A stretch of 63,146 nucleotides of DNA, counting the filler, from Octopus bimaculoides (lineage: Eukaryota): assembly GCF_001194135.2 (NCBI RefSeq). It is 5 parts of 5 records of this genome, joined end to end, with 100 filler letters (N's around TTAATTAATTAA, not from the genome) between each part and the next. Parts side by side here need not be neighbours in the genome. Positions count along the whole stretch, not along the records: positions 1 to 14,204 come from NC_068986.1; 4 more parts are not named here. One strand, given 5' to 3'. Shown here one piece after another: positions 1 through 13,300 of the stretch (position 1 is the first letter of the stretch; each line of letters starts with the position of its first letter). Made by a program: the position numbers and the translations under genes. Under the pieces are notes generated by a model. It ran no database searches. It saw only the letters and a program-made list of their open reading frames with translations, and was not told where the DNA came from.

Positions 1-97
1 CCTCTCTTTTCTTCATAATTGGAGTAGATAGTATGTTCTTGGGGTAGTTGTTTCTTAATAGATTGTTATTGAGCTTGATCATTTCCTCGTGGTGGGT
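1..97 (-). mobile_element. Penelope-like element fragment (post-RT region)
   Basis: Minus strand reads HEEMIKLNNNLLRNNYPKNILSTPIMKKKR, like the 'E..L...L..N.YP..I' segment after Penelope RT; it abuts a hammerhead motif in the opposite orientation. Confidence 0.55.
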
Positions 98-99
98 AT

Positions 100-141
100 C
101 ACCTGACGAAGGCTGGAGGGTATATCAGCCGAAACGTTGTG
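100..141 (+). ncRNA. Minimal type I hammerhead ribozyme motif (PLE-associated)
   Basis: cac-CTGACGA-a-ggctg[gagggtatat]cagcc-GAAA-cgtt-gtg. Intact core, 5-bp stem II, palindromic ACGT helix III, GUU triplet, 3-bp stem I (cac/gtg). Confidence 0.75.
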
Positions 142-2071
142 TTAACAACAAACAAGATGAGGACGAATATCCGTCAAATGTAAATAATGTATATATATAC
201 GATGTTTGTGTATCTGTGCTTGTCCCCGAACCACCGATTAACAACCGATGTTGTTGTGTTTACGTCCTCGTAGCTTAGCGGTTTGTAACTTCTTTCTTTC
301 TTTCTTCTTGCCCGTTCCATCTTTTGCATCAGCCTTCTTCTCGTTCTTTTTTTTTCTCATTTTCTTACTATCCAGCATCCTGCTTTTTAAAATACATCTA
401 ACTCATAAACAGAGAATGAAAGATTACTTAGAGATACGTGGCGTGTTTTATAAATCTGCGTATTTAACGCATCATAAAGGCATAAAACTATTAGTTGCTC
501 TTTCGTAATGTGTATTAAATTAATGTTATCTCAAATGCATGCAGGACTTCTTTTGTTGATTCTACTTATAATGGATCTCTCTATATACATACAGTCGTAC
601 ACAAACACTGGCACACATAAAAAACACCGCCTTACTGTAAGGTATGCATAAGTTATTTTATAATCTCGTGACATGTGTTAGTCTACACAACAAAACTTCG
701 AGAATAAAACAAGATAATACATCTTGATCAGAGGATTCAAATAAATGTTGGTCCTTCATAAAGTATTTTACCTACAGTGTAAAGTTGTTTTTCTGTTAAA
801 TTGCCGGCTATGGAAATGTTTTTTTTAGAGACATTTATCTATAAAATCTCAGCATCTTGGTTTTACGCTGAACATTGCTGTTATCAACATTTCAAACATT
901 CCTTTTGAATTCGTTCCCATTTAATCTTTCACCCATGAATTTACACTTCAGCAAGGAACAATATTTTAATTTTTCTGTAGCATTAATCATATTTTATTTA
1001 ACGTTATGGTAACATATTTACGTCTTTTCTCTAAGGGAATACAAGTATAGTAAATAAACGGGAAGTAAAGAAAAATAATATAAAAAAAACATAAAAAGAA
1101 TAAATGAAAATGTACTGAATAATTTGATTTCCGTTTCTGAAGAAAATGAAGGTCTGTGTGAAATTGGTTTATTTTGTAATATATACAGGAAAATTTAAGG
1201 TCAGCTTTAAGATCAGAGTAAAAAGACCTGTCTCTAGTTCAATTACCGGGATAAATCATGAACAATTGAAGCAGTTAAGATGATAAAAAATGAAGTGAAG
1301 TGTTCTAGTGAACTTTTAAGCGAATTTGTGAAGTGGCTCTTCTCAAAATATATGAGATTGTTATATCATTGTTTCGTTGTTACCGTAGTTATTGTGTCAC
1401 TCTACACCAACCCTGATTGAGCAGACCTATGATCTTTGGAATTCGAGGGTGTATTCATAGCTGTTTTTCCAGGCTACTAGTATATCTTGGATTACATTAT
1501 CCAGTGTGTTTTGGATCGCTTGAAACGATAAGAAGTTCAGTTCATAATTTAAAAAAAATAATTGTGCATGTGAATAAGTATATGTATTCGTATAAGTGTG
1601 TTGTGTATATATGTATGTATGGTTGTATATATGTATGTAAACACATCTAAACTGGTTGGGTTGTGTTTTTGAACTGCTTTATATATGGCTATGCTTGAGG
1701 TTTTATTCTTTATGGTTACAATTGTACCTATAGATAATGTTGGTCTTGAGGTAGTTTAAGTTTTGCAAGCAGGGTGAAAGTGTGTTGAAGTTGCAATTGG
1801 TAGGGTGAAATAAGTTGTTCTATGATATTTTGAAAGTTTTTGACGCTTATATTTGGCAACAGTTTTCTCAAAGTTGTTACTTGTAGAGTATATTATTTTC
1901 TTTATGGCAACTACCGAGCCAGTAATACAATTCCAATAACTGTTGTTCACGATATACACATGATTTAATTTCTGCATGTTGAATTGTTTAGAGTATTCGT
2001 GTACTATTGGAAAATGCTTCTGAGGCAGATTAAAGAAATGTCTGACAAACTGAATTTCATATTCAGAATGT

Positions 2072-2285
2072 GTGCGGAGACGGGCAGAATCGTTAGCATG
2101 CCGGGGGAAATGCTTAGCGGTATTTCGTCTGTCTTTACGTTCTGAGTTGAAATTCCGCTGAGGTCGACTTTTCCTTCATCCTTTCGGGGTCGATAAATTA
2201 AGTACCAGTCGCGCACTGGGGTCGATTTTATCGACTGGCCCCCTCCTCAAAGATTTCGGGCCTTGTGACTAGAGGTTAAAAGAAT
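2072..2285 (+). mobile_element. tRNA-derived SINE, family A
   Basis: Body 'gcagaatcgttagcatgccggg..gaaatgcttagcggtatttcg..gaggtcgac..ggggtcgataaattaagtaccag' recurs more than 10 times in the window. Confidence 0.85.
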
Positions 2286-2329
2286 GAGTGCGGAAGGAGA
2301 TGGACTGCGCTGAAGATATATATTTATGC

Positions 2330-4290
2330 TTTCATAGATGAAGGGGGTCCAGGTTTAAAGATAAATATTTTGTTGAATGCACTAGCCATCGTTGCTTTGC
2401 TATAATGGCTGGCAGCTCTATTGAAGTTTATTTTCTTTAAAAGTATATTGAGGATCTTTCAACTAATATTAGTGACACAATTTCGTCCTTCATTACGCGC
2501 TGAGTTCAAATTCCGCCGAGGTCGACGACTTTCGAGGTCGATAAAGTAAGTGGCAGGAAGAGAATAGAAAATATTGCTTTGAGTCCGTTGGTTTGAAGAA
2601 GATTTCGGTTTTAACTTCAGTATCTCTTTTTATGATTAAGCTGTCCAGGAAGGGTAGTTGTTTGTGGCTGTATTCCATTGTGAAGTAGATACTGTGGTTA
2701 ATGCTGTTGATTAAGTTCAAGGTTATGTGGCCACAGGATGAAACAGCCATCCAGGTAGCGTTTCCATTTGGTGGATAAGAATTTTTGGAAGTTGCCTCCA
2801 AATTTCAGTCTAGCGTGTTCATATATTTGGACTTGCAATTATGCCATGACGAGGTTGGTAAAAGTAGGGGCTACCCTCGTTCCCATTGCTATGCCCGATT
2901 TTTGTCTATAAGTGTTTTCGTTGAAGTTGAAGAAGTTGTTCTGTAGGATGAATTTTATTCCTTCAACGATGAATTCTTTTCCGATTTGGTCAGGAACGTC
3001 ATTTGGGAATTTTTCAACCCAGTATTGTATTTCTATTATTCTGTATTCGTGAGGAATCGAGGTGTAGAGGTATATTACATCGAATGAAACCAGAAGGGAG
3101 TCCTTACTGGTTTTGTTCGGGAGATGGTTTAAAATGTTCAAATCATCACTTATAAAGCTCGGTATATGTTGGAGAATATGTTTAAGGAGGACGTCAATAA
3201 AGTTACTGAGTCTGTGTGTCTCACAGGAGGGACAGGACAAAAATGCTCTCATTTTGAGATTTCTCGAGTATGGAATATTTATGACTACAGAAGTTGATTT
3301 GTTAAAGGATTCGTTCATGGGTTCACTTTTGTGGATTTTGGGAAGTCCATAAAAGTTATTGGTCTTGCAGTCAAATCTAGTCGAGTAATCTCTCTCCTTT
3401 TCCGTTAAACCTTGTTGGAATTGGTGGATAAGGGTAGAAGGTTTAATCATCATCTTGGATTGACTGTAGTTGCTTATTTTTTTCGTAGTAGGTATTGTCT
3501 TGAAGGAGGATTAAGGTAATGTTTATGTATTTTTCTGACTTCATGATTACTACAGCACTCCTTTTATCGGCTTCTTTTGTAATTATGTTGTCATCCTCCT
3601 TGAGATTACTAATGATTTCCTATTCTTCTCGACTTGTATTTTAAATTTTCGAGGTGAGAGTAAATTGTAGGTGTAATTGGAAACCAGATCACAAAAGTTA
3701 TCCAGTTTGATTTCTTCCTTTTGTCGGACAGTAATCACTTTTATTGTGAAGAATTGATTGATCATTATTTTCTTTATCTAGCAGTTCTTTAGTGATGCGA
3801 AGTTTTCTGCAGAATTCCTGGATACCATTTTGTAAATCATTTAGTTTCGACCTTTGTGGTGTTGGGGTGAACTTCAATCCCTTTGCGAGCATTTTGATTT
3901 GTTGGTCTGAAAGAGTTTTATGTGAGAGATTTATCACCTTCGGAATCTCACATTTGGTTGATGCCATCGATTGTCCCTGTTTTGGCCCAGTTTGTCTAAA
4001 AAATAGTTTCTTGGGTTGTGATATAAAGAATTAGTGTTCCCGTTGATTGTCCTTCCGCTGACCCTTGATCTATTATGGGTTCTTCGTTGCGGTCGGCTCT
4101 AAGAGGAGTTGTAATGGTTATATCCTGTTTGAACAAGGTGGTTATTGTGGAAGAAATGTCTTGAGCGGGAGAAGTTCCTACTTCTTCCTTGGTCCTGCTT
4201 GAAGTCTTCTTTATGTGAGATGTGTCTCGGACGTGAGGAGTTCTTATTTCTCTTATAGTTCTGTCCGAAAGAGTTATTCACGAAGACGTT
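2330..4290 (-). mobile_element. Decayed Penelope-like retroelement ORF (N-terminus plus reverse transcriptase)
   Basis: VINLSHKTLSDQQIKMLAKGLKFTPTP; FYGLPKIHKS; LVSFDVIYLYTSIPH; YRQKSGIAMGTRVAPTFTNL; WKRYLDGCFILW (catalytic YLDD mutated); LPFLD..KPTDSKQY..FSSCH. Multiple stops and frameshifts; SINE fragment inserted near 2493-2545. Confidence 0.9.
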
Positions 4291-5232
4291 ACGTCTGAGA
4301 CGTGGAGGGTTCTTGGGGTGAGATGGGCTTCTGTATCTTTGAGTGAGAGTGTTTTGTTGTGTAGTGTAGTGTAGTGTTCAACGGAATTTCCCATTTTGTG
4401 CCCTGGAGAGGGCATTGGTTATTCTTGGTTCTGGATGGGCATTCCGGTATTATTCCGGTAGTGACTTTCTTCCGGTTGTGTGGAGTGACTTTCTTCCGGT
4501 TGGTGAAACTAGTTTGGTATATAAGTAAGTAAATTTATTTTAAACAATTACAAATTTTTCAAATTTAGGTGCGTTTTCAACAACAAATTTGCCTNNNNNN
4601 NNNNNNNNNNNNNNNNNNNNNNNNNNNNNNNNNNNNNNNNNNNNNNNNNNNNNNNNNNNNNNNNNNNNNNNNNNNNNNNNNNNNNNNNNNNNNNNNNNNN
4701 NNNNNNNNNNNNNNNNNNNNNNNNNNNNNNNNNNNNNNNNNNNNNNNNNNNNNNNNNNNNNNNNNNNNNNNNNNNNNNNNNNNNNNNNNNNNNNNNNNNN
4801 NNNNNNNNNNNNNNNNNNNNNNNNNNNNNNNNNNNNNNNNNNNNNNNNNNNNNNNNNNNNNNNNNNNNNNNNNNNNNNNNNNNNNNNNNNNNNNNNNNNN
4901 NNNNNNNNNNNNNNNNNNNNNNNNNNNNNNNNNNNNNNNNNNNNNNNNNNNNNNNNNNNNNNNNNNNNNNNNNNNNNNNNNNNNNNNNNNNNNNNNNNNN
5001 NNNNNNNNNNNNNNNNNNACTCTAGACTTGTCTTTTTTTTTAAAGAAAACTACTAGTCTATCTACGAGTGCTTGTGAAGCGGCGATCGCATCTACACGTC
5101 TAGTCTAGTGCGAGTGAAAGTGATGATAATATTTTTATTATAAATGGTCTCGATATTAATTTTACGATACATAAAATATTCTTTACATTTTTTTACACGC
5201 ACGCACACACAGACAGACAGACAGACAGACAG

Positions 5233-5266
<34 letters not shown>

Positions 5267-6282
5267 ACACAAACATGTATATATGTATATATTCATACAC
5301 TTACTCATATGTTTATGCATATGAACTCATGAACTCATTGCTACAAGTGCTAATTAAATACGTAATTATTCTGGAAATCTTACTGTTGAACTTAAGAAAT
5401 TTTATTTTTAGATCTGATAAACATGGCTGCATAGCTTGATTCTGTTACACATATCTAACAATTTCATAGCATAGCTCATTGCTATTGTTCAATTTAATTA
5501 TTGCATCGGATAACTAGTATGCTCTGACACTCTGTTGCTGTTATTTATTGCTCCTGCTCTTTATATGTGACGTCCAATAAAGCGCTGTTTACGATTGTGA
5601 TGCTGGTCACCTTAAGGACAGTGTAACGCTGCTAATGCAAAATAGTAGGTGCCATTTGTGTAAGCCCTGCATTTAACATTATACTTATATAATAATGTTT
5701 GATATCTACCTTCTTTACGAACAGCTTGTTTTTAAATGTACACAAATGTGCGTATGTGTGTGTGTTGTGTGAGTTAGTGTGTGTGTGTGTGCGCATGTGT
5801 GCATGTGCGCGTGTGTAAGTTAAGACTTGTGTGTCTGTTGCATCACGGTTCATCGTGGTTAATTACATGTGTATATTTGTGTGATTATGTTTACGGAATG
5901 TGGTGAGCATATTTGTGTGCGTTAGGTGCGATTCTCCTTGACGTAAGGTATGTTTCTTATATAGGTTGCATAGTGGTATTTAAAGGAACAACATTGATAC
6001 TCCCTTATCAAAAGACTAGATTTTTCATAATGCAACGAATCAATGGTAAAAGATATTCCCATGGTTATTAGCATTTCTATGAGATTGGTTGGACATAGAT
6101 AAAGCACCTTTATTCATAGGCTAATTGTGTCAGGGCTAAACAACTTACGCCATTTGTTTATTTTCTTACTAGCTGGCAGAGCCACCAGCACGCAGAACAA
6201 AATGCTTAGCAGCATTTCATCCGTCTTCACGTTCTAGGTTCCCATTCCGCCGAGGTCGAATTTGTGCAAAAATTTAAAATCA

Positions 6283-6308
6283 TTCTTCTTCTTCTTCTTC
6301 TTCTTCTT

Positions 6309-6398
<90 letters not shown>
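6283..6398. repeat. Compound (TTC)n(TTA)n microsatellite
   Basis: Direct reading; runs into an N gap. Confidence 0.95.
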
Positions 6399-6673
6399 NN
6401 NNNNNNNNNNNNNNNNNNNNNNNNNNNNNNNNNNNNNNNNNNNNNNNNNNNNNNNNNNNNNNNNNNNNNNNNNNNNNNNNNNNNNNNNNNNNNNNNNNNN
6501 NNNNNNNNNNNNNNNNNNNNNNNNNNNNNNNNNNNNNNNNNNNNNNNNNNNNNNNNNNNNNNNNNNNNNNNNNNNNNNNNNNNNNNNNNNNNNNNNNNNN
6601 NNNNNNNNNNNNNNNNNNNNNNNNNNNNNNNNNNNNNNNNNNNNNNNNNNACCTTGTGCCAAAATTTAAAACC

Positions 6674-6911
6674 AAAGGGGACGAGCTAACTGAATTTTTA
6701 GCACGCCGGGCAAAATACTTAGCGGCATTTCGTCCGTTTATACGTTCTAAGTTCAAATTCCGCCGAGGTCGACTTTGCCTTTCATATTTTCGGGGTCGAT
6801 GAAATAAATACCAGTTACGCACTAAGGTCGATGTAATCGACTTATCCCCTCCCCCGAAAATCTTAGACCATGTGCCTATAGCAAAAAGGATTATTATTAT
6901 TATTATTATTA

Positions 6912-6964
<53 letters not shown>
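6674..6964 (+). mobile_element. SINE family A with (ATT)n tail
   Basis: Same body as 2072-2285, followed by a long (ATT)n tract. Confidence 0.85.
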
Positions 6965-6965
<1 letters not shown>

Positions 6966-8706
6966 GCTTCATTTATTTCTTCTACTACTTCTCCTCCACT
7001 CTTATGCCTCCTCCCCTCTCCTCTTCTTCTCGGGATCAAGTTTGGCCTCTTTCCCTACCATATGAAGTGTTTTGTCGGTTAATTGTCTCTGATATTCTAT
7101 GGTGGCTTATGTTGTTGTTACTTCGCTGTTAACTTGGGAGCGGAGGAAGTGCTCCCTATTGGGAGCAAGTGGCACTCGAAAGGAAAAGGGACTGTAGCGA
7201 CGAAATTTCTTTTCAACAAAACAATGGATGATCTTTCAAAGACTTAAACAAACACAAAGTGATAAAAACAGCTAACAAATGTAAAAACTTATATAAAAAA
7301 AGAATGTGACTTCGAGGAATAAATATCTAGTTGAGTGGTTTAAGTAATGTTGTTGTAGGGGTGTTTGGTATGAGTGGGTAGCTGGTGGGGCATGGTGTGG
7401 CGCGGTGTGATCGGTTGCGCTAATACAGAATTGAGGATAATAGATACTGTATAATTAATATAAGGCGGAGAGCAGTCGGCAAGGGCGGAGCGGAAGGCGT
7501 TTAGAAAAGTGGAGGTAAGGGACGGTGGCGAAACGTGGTGATGACGTTAGGGGAGGCTTTAAAAGTAGTTATGGTGGTGGCAGTGACAGTGGTGACAGTG
7601 ATGGTGGTGGTGGTGGCAAAGAGCAAGAGGGAGAAGCGGAGGAAGAGTTAATCCTTTTACACCCCGGCGGCGTTAAAAGCTGGAGCATGTTATGGATGTA
7701 AAAAGAAAAAGGAACAAACGCCATGTAAGTGATAATGTGACGGTATAAGTTAGCTTTTTTTTTGTACGCCATTGTTGTAGTTTTTATTTTTACTGTTACT
7801 TTTTACTTCTAGGTCATCCTTGATTGAATAAACCCATGATCAATGGTGATCCAGCCGCGGCTATCCCGTCTTTTTCTTAATATANNNNNNNNNNNNNNNN
7901 NNNNNNNNNNNNNNNNNNNNNNNNNNNNNNNNNNNNNNNNNNNNNNNNNNNNNNNNNNNNNNNNNNNNNNNNNNNNNNNNNNNNNNNNNNNNNNNNNNNN
8001 NNNNNNNNNNNNNNNNNNNNNNNNNNNNNNNNNNNNNNNNNNNNNNNNNNNNNNNNNNNNNNNNNNNNNNNNNNNNNNNNNNNNNNNNNNNNNNNNNNNN
8101 NNNNNNNNNNNNNNNNNNNNNNNNNNNNNNNNNNNNNNNNNNNNNNNNNNNNNNNNNNNNNNNNNNNNNNNNNNNNNNNNNNNNNNNNNNNNNNNNNNNN
8201 NNNNNNNNNNNNNNNNNNNNNNNNNNNNNNNNNNNNNNNNNNNNNNNNNNNNNATTTGTTCGACTAAAACCTTTCAAAGCGGTGCTCGGTCATGGCCGCA
8301 GTCAAATGACTTAAACAAGTAAAAGAATAAAAGAATATCTAATAGCTTACGTTACCAATTAAGGCCTTCTTAATGATATTGCTCTTGTTGAATAAACCTT
8401 TGAATAAATGGGTTTATACTAATATCCATTCCAGCAGTGATAATCCCTACTTTCTACAGACATAGTAACCTAGAATTACGTTATATTATGTGTATTTATG
8501 ATTAAAAGAAAAAAAAATCACCACTAGAATGTAATTTGAGGGTGATTTAGAAGATCAATGTTTCGCAACGATATTCATTCATCAAATCGTTCAGGGTTGT
8601 TACATGCACTTATGAAAATGAAAATAATATCAGTTATTCAACAAATATCGACTTTTCTTCGCCACATGATTATTTTTAGTTAGCTTTCAAATGCTCACTG
8701 CATTAA

Positions 8707-8872
8707 CCTTTTGCCTGTTCTGTGTATCATATGTGATACACAGGACATAGTTCTTTGGCGTTCATACATCATATATGATACACATTCACAGCTTTTTTTT
8801 CATTCATCAGATTAACTTGAGTTGTCTCCAGACAGAAAAGTTTTATATCACTCGAAACGTATGAAACAAAGG
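8707..8872. mobile_element. TTAA-flanked MITE (piggyBac-like)
   Basis: ttaa|ccttttg ... caaagg|ttaa; short inverted termini. Confidence 0.5.
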
Positions 8873-9023
8873 TTAACTAAAATTTAGAAAATAAAGTATG
8901 AGTGTTTAGAACAAGGTTATGAAAATACTTTGGACAGGGAAAGGGTAAAATACGCTAGCTGTTGGAATTGAAGCTCCTCTAGAATTTAAATATCTACATA
9001 TACTAATTTTCAGCCGACTCATG

Positions 9024-9726
9024 TACGAGATGCATTCTGGAAATATTCAAACTTTTTTTCGGACCGACAGTTATGACTGTCCGAGCTAATTGTAATTTTA
9101 ATATATCGTTCCTATAGATCTAATAAACAGACATGTCAACTTTTATAATTCCTGATTGAAGGAGACAGCTGTAACAGAACTTTGAGCACACCCTACTGAA
9201 ACACTACTTGTCATAACTGACTAGCTTGCAGAATGCAGTCAAGAGTTGAAGACAGTTTGGAAGCTCGCTATGCAATAAAGGTTTGTGTTAAACTAGGCAA
9301 ACACGCTATGCTTCTGACAACTTATGTATTAACTTGTATGAGCCGATCATCTGTTTTTCTCTGGCACAAGAGGCCAGGAAAAGTTCATGATGATCTCCTT
9401 TTTCGATAGAAAAGGCATCCTGTTAAGGTGCCAGAGATGGACAGCGAAACTGTTCCCCATCCTCAGCTACAGTCCCCAAACTGAAGGGGAATCGCAAGGA
9501 AAGTTGCTCTGAAGGCACTGAGAAAATAGAGGAGGCTATCACAAGAGCCTTGGACACCTTCACTTTGGAGGATTTCATGGGGCCTTTACGAAGTGGCTGG
9601 AGCGTTACAACAAGTGCATTGAAGTCAGAGGATCCTACTCTGAAGGAGTTTAGAGTCTTGTATTTCTTTGAAATTCATAAATGTCTCTCCTGAAAAAGTT
9701 CCAAAATTTCTGGAATGCACCTTATA
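9024..9726 (+). mobile_element. Internally deleted mariner/Tc1 element
   Basis: Imperfect TIRs (tacgagatgcattctggaaatatt vs reverse complement tataaggtgcattccagaaatttt) with TA ends; relics of transposase N-terminus (RYAIKVCVKLGK) and C-terminus (KWLERYNKCIEVRGSY). Confidence 0.75.
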
Positions 9727-10693
9727 CATTATTGCATATATACTTAGTAATTTTCCCATTACTCTTTCAACAAGTATAGTGAAGTCTACATTTCACTGAT
9801 AAAATCCAGTAATGCCGAAACATGTCTGGTGTTGTCCATCGAACTCGCCAAAATGGTTGAAATAATATTAGTTACTGAGATAATATTATCTTTTGCTCAC
9901 AGCATATTTTGTTCTAAATAGCATGTTGCACTGTGTTAGCATTATTACAACGACAGCTAAGTTAGTGCTAACACTAACTCAACTATTGTTATGTTTTATT
10001 TGCTGGTTATAGTCATAGTTATTGGTTTTGAAATAGAAATTGCTGTTAAAGTTGATTTTTCTATGTTTGTTCCTTCGAACAAAAAGAAAACGATTGCGAA
10101 AAATACAGTAATAAGAAATAATGTAAAAATTATAATGGAAACAAAATAGAATCAATAGTATAACCAAGAACCAAAACAACAAAGAGTTCAACTTTTCTTT
10201 TCCTTAAGACTTTTAATAGGACTTCCTGCAAAGGATCAACGAATGTAAAATAACAGAAATAACGAGTTATATATTAATGTACTACTCTGAATTACGATTA
10301 TGTAACGATTATGTAAGTTTTTGTAGTCCATAGGTGTTCTTGAATTTCTGGAGTTCTTTTAAAGAATATCCTTTGTAGTTAGTCTGACCTTATATTTCTC
10401 TTCTCGATATATTCGTATACTCTATTGCTCCTGATACAGGAAATACGGCTCAAAAATCTAACACAATCTACTATTCTTATATTCTGTATATTCGGTACAA
10501 GAAGCCGAGTTTAGAATAGAAAGAATTTGTAATTCCGTTGAATATACTATGATTATCATTAAAAATACCAATATAGCATTACTGTGTCACCAGTGAAAAG
10601 AAAGAGAATACCTGTCAAAAGAATGTGGTCACATTTAATAATAAAGACAACAAATAGATATCCTGAGAGTAATGTAGATTGGAAAAGGATTTG

Positions 10694-10905
10694 AATTGGG
10701 TTCAAATTTTAGTACATGGTCAGTAAGTTGGAGGGGAGGATCTAGTCGATTACATTAATCCTAGTGCTCAACTGGTACTTATTTTATCGACCTCGAAAGG
10801 ATGAAAGGCAAAGTTAACCTCGGTGGAATTTGAACACAACGTAAAGACGGACGAATGCCGTTAAGCATTTTACCCGGCGTGCTAACGATTCTTCTAGTTC
10901 ACTGC
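10694..10905 (-). mobile_element. SINE family A
   Basis: Reverse complement of the family A body. Confidence 0.8.
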
Positions 10906-12114
10906 ATGAGAAACGACTCGAATTAACGCAAGCTTATATAAGTCTTGCATATAATAATATTCTAAAAGCTTTACCGATCTGTGAAGCAGAATAAACACAA
11001 CCATTTAATTCCATTGCAATGTTTAAGGTCTCTTTCTAATATGGAGAGGTGGCAATAAATCACGTTTAAATGGCTCAGTTATAACAAGCACAAGTAACAT
11101 GAGGGTCTAAACTGAGAAAGTGGTACATTCCCGTGGTACATCTTAAGATTAACTTTTAAATTTTGTAGTTCTATTTAAGAAAGAGCGCACTTCTTGATTT
11201 GGATGTTTGGATTATCATACACAACATGAAACCACATACAAATAAACAGCAATGATATTCCCACAAATATATAAATCCCTATTTTTATAAGATCATAAAT
11301 ACAAAGCTAATCTAAAGTGAATTAAAAGGCCTGTAATATTGCCTATAAACTGACCAAAAAATGAAAACCTTACTAATAAGCTATTCTTAAAAGGAGAATT
11401 TCAACAAGTCTATTAGAACTGATTTGCTGTGAACATCGATCCAGATACTAGACCCATTGGTATCCGTAAGGAAAGTATAGCCATATATATGTGATGAGCT
11501 TGGGTAGATTGGAGTCAAACTAGATACTGAAATAGAGAAGTGCCTAGAATAATTTTAGTGCTATATATGGTGTTTCACCCCAAAATATCATTAAAACCTG
11601 CCTATATGTTAACTTGAAGAATGTCGATCCTCTTGAAATTCAAGTGTGTGTACGTGTGTGTGTATGTATGTCTATGTATGTATGTTATTATATATATATG
11701 TATATATATATATATGTATATATATATATGTATATATANNNNNNNNNNNNNNNNNNNNNNNNNNNNNNNNNNNNNNNNNNNNNNNNNNNNNNNNNNNNNN
11801 NNNNNNNNNNNNNNNNNNNNNNNNNNNNNNNNNNNNNNNNNNNNNNNNNNNNNNNNNNNNNNNNNNNNNNNNNNNNNNNNNNNNNNNNNNNNNNNNNNNN
11901 NNNNNNNNNNNNNNNNNNNNNNNNNNNNNNNNNNNNNNNNNNNNNNNNNNNNNNNNNNNNNNNNNNNNNNNNNNNNNNNNNNNNNNNNNNNNNNNNNNNN
12001 NNNNNNNNNNNNNNNNNNNNNNNNNNNNNNNNNNNNNNNNNNNNNNNNNNNNNNNNNNNNNNNNNNNNNNNNNNNNNNNNNNNNNNNNNNNNNNNNNNNN
12101 NNNNNNNNNNNNNN

Positions 12115-12158
<44 letters not shown>

Positions 12159-12639
12159 TATGTATGTATATATATATGCATACATATTTACATAGACACA
12201 CACTTCCATTTTACTGTTTATGTGCATTTATCTTATGGCTCTCTATCATGAATGTATGAGTGTGAGATTACGTGTATATTTTTTAGGTTTTGCTCGTTTC
12301 CCCTTTGGATTGTGGCTATGCTAGGGGTTCTGTCATGAAGTGCTTTGTCGAACAAATCGAACCCAGTACTTATTTTTCAAGTTCAGTACTCGTTCTCTCG
12401 ATAGTTTTTGTCAAACAGTTAAGTTATAGGGGCACAAACAAAACATCACCAGTTCCCGAGCGGTGGTGAGAGTGTGGTGGGGGGACAAACACGAACGTAA
12501 AGACGCACATGCTTATGTTACCGTCTATCCTACGTAATTCACTCACGAAGCATTAATCAGCCTAAGCTATAGTAGAAGACACTTGCCTAAGGTGCCGCAC
12601 AGTGAAACTAAAAACAAAACCATATAGTTGCAAAGCGAA

Positions 12640-13300
12640 CTTCTTAACATAAGTCTCCTAAATAAGTCTCCTAAATTCCAGGTCTTCCCACTCTACCTAT
12701 GTTCAGCGAATACCGCAGATGAAGCAAGGATAAACAAAGAAAATACTTTCTTACAAAAGTACAAACCAAGAATTAACAAACTTTAACAGAGTACATACAC
12801 AAATAACTATTCACACACAAAATTCATTCTGCCACTTACCATAAGGAAGCTACACAGCTAACAACCTAAATTTTAACTATTGGACTACATACAAACGACT
12901 CCTGTCCACTCTCCCACCAGACAGATTAAATTGGGAGTGCCTTGATTATAACTAAACATGTTCACTCAACCGTGTCGGCCTTCTTTTTAGGCGCAAAATA
13001 TACTGTCACGTGACACTAACGAACGGACGGAGTGGGAAACGTACAGAATGTTATAAACTTAATCATCTGTTGATTCTCTTCAAACACTTGACAGAAAACA
13101 TTCAGAACATTGATTGTTTGGACTCGTTCAGTCAACTGTGTCAGCCTTAACTTATCACGCCGAACTGTGTCACTTGATACTAAAACATGGACGTAGCGGG
13201 GAACGTACAGACATTTCTAAGACCAGTCATGTGACTATTCTCTGCCAATCGAATCCTACTCAAAACATATACTAATTTGAGCCATGAACTCCCTATAAAA
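12640..13300 (+). mobile_element. Penelope-like 3' end (GIY-YIG C-terminus plus tandem 3' repeats)
   Basis: KFQVFPLYLCSANTADEARINKENTFLQKYKPRINKL* matches the end of PLE endonuclease ORFs; two diverged ~170-bp tandem units follow (about 12960-13125 and 13126-13300). Confidence 0.6.

Noticed and set aside
7000-7780. Relatively GC-rich island with a gtaagt donor-like site near 7726
   Set aside because: Could be a promoter or 5' exon, but there is no ORF, motif or homology to support a call.
9979-10620. Possible degenerate minus-strand membrane-protein exons
   Set aside because: AT-rich with stops in every frame; hydrophobicity is explained by base composition.
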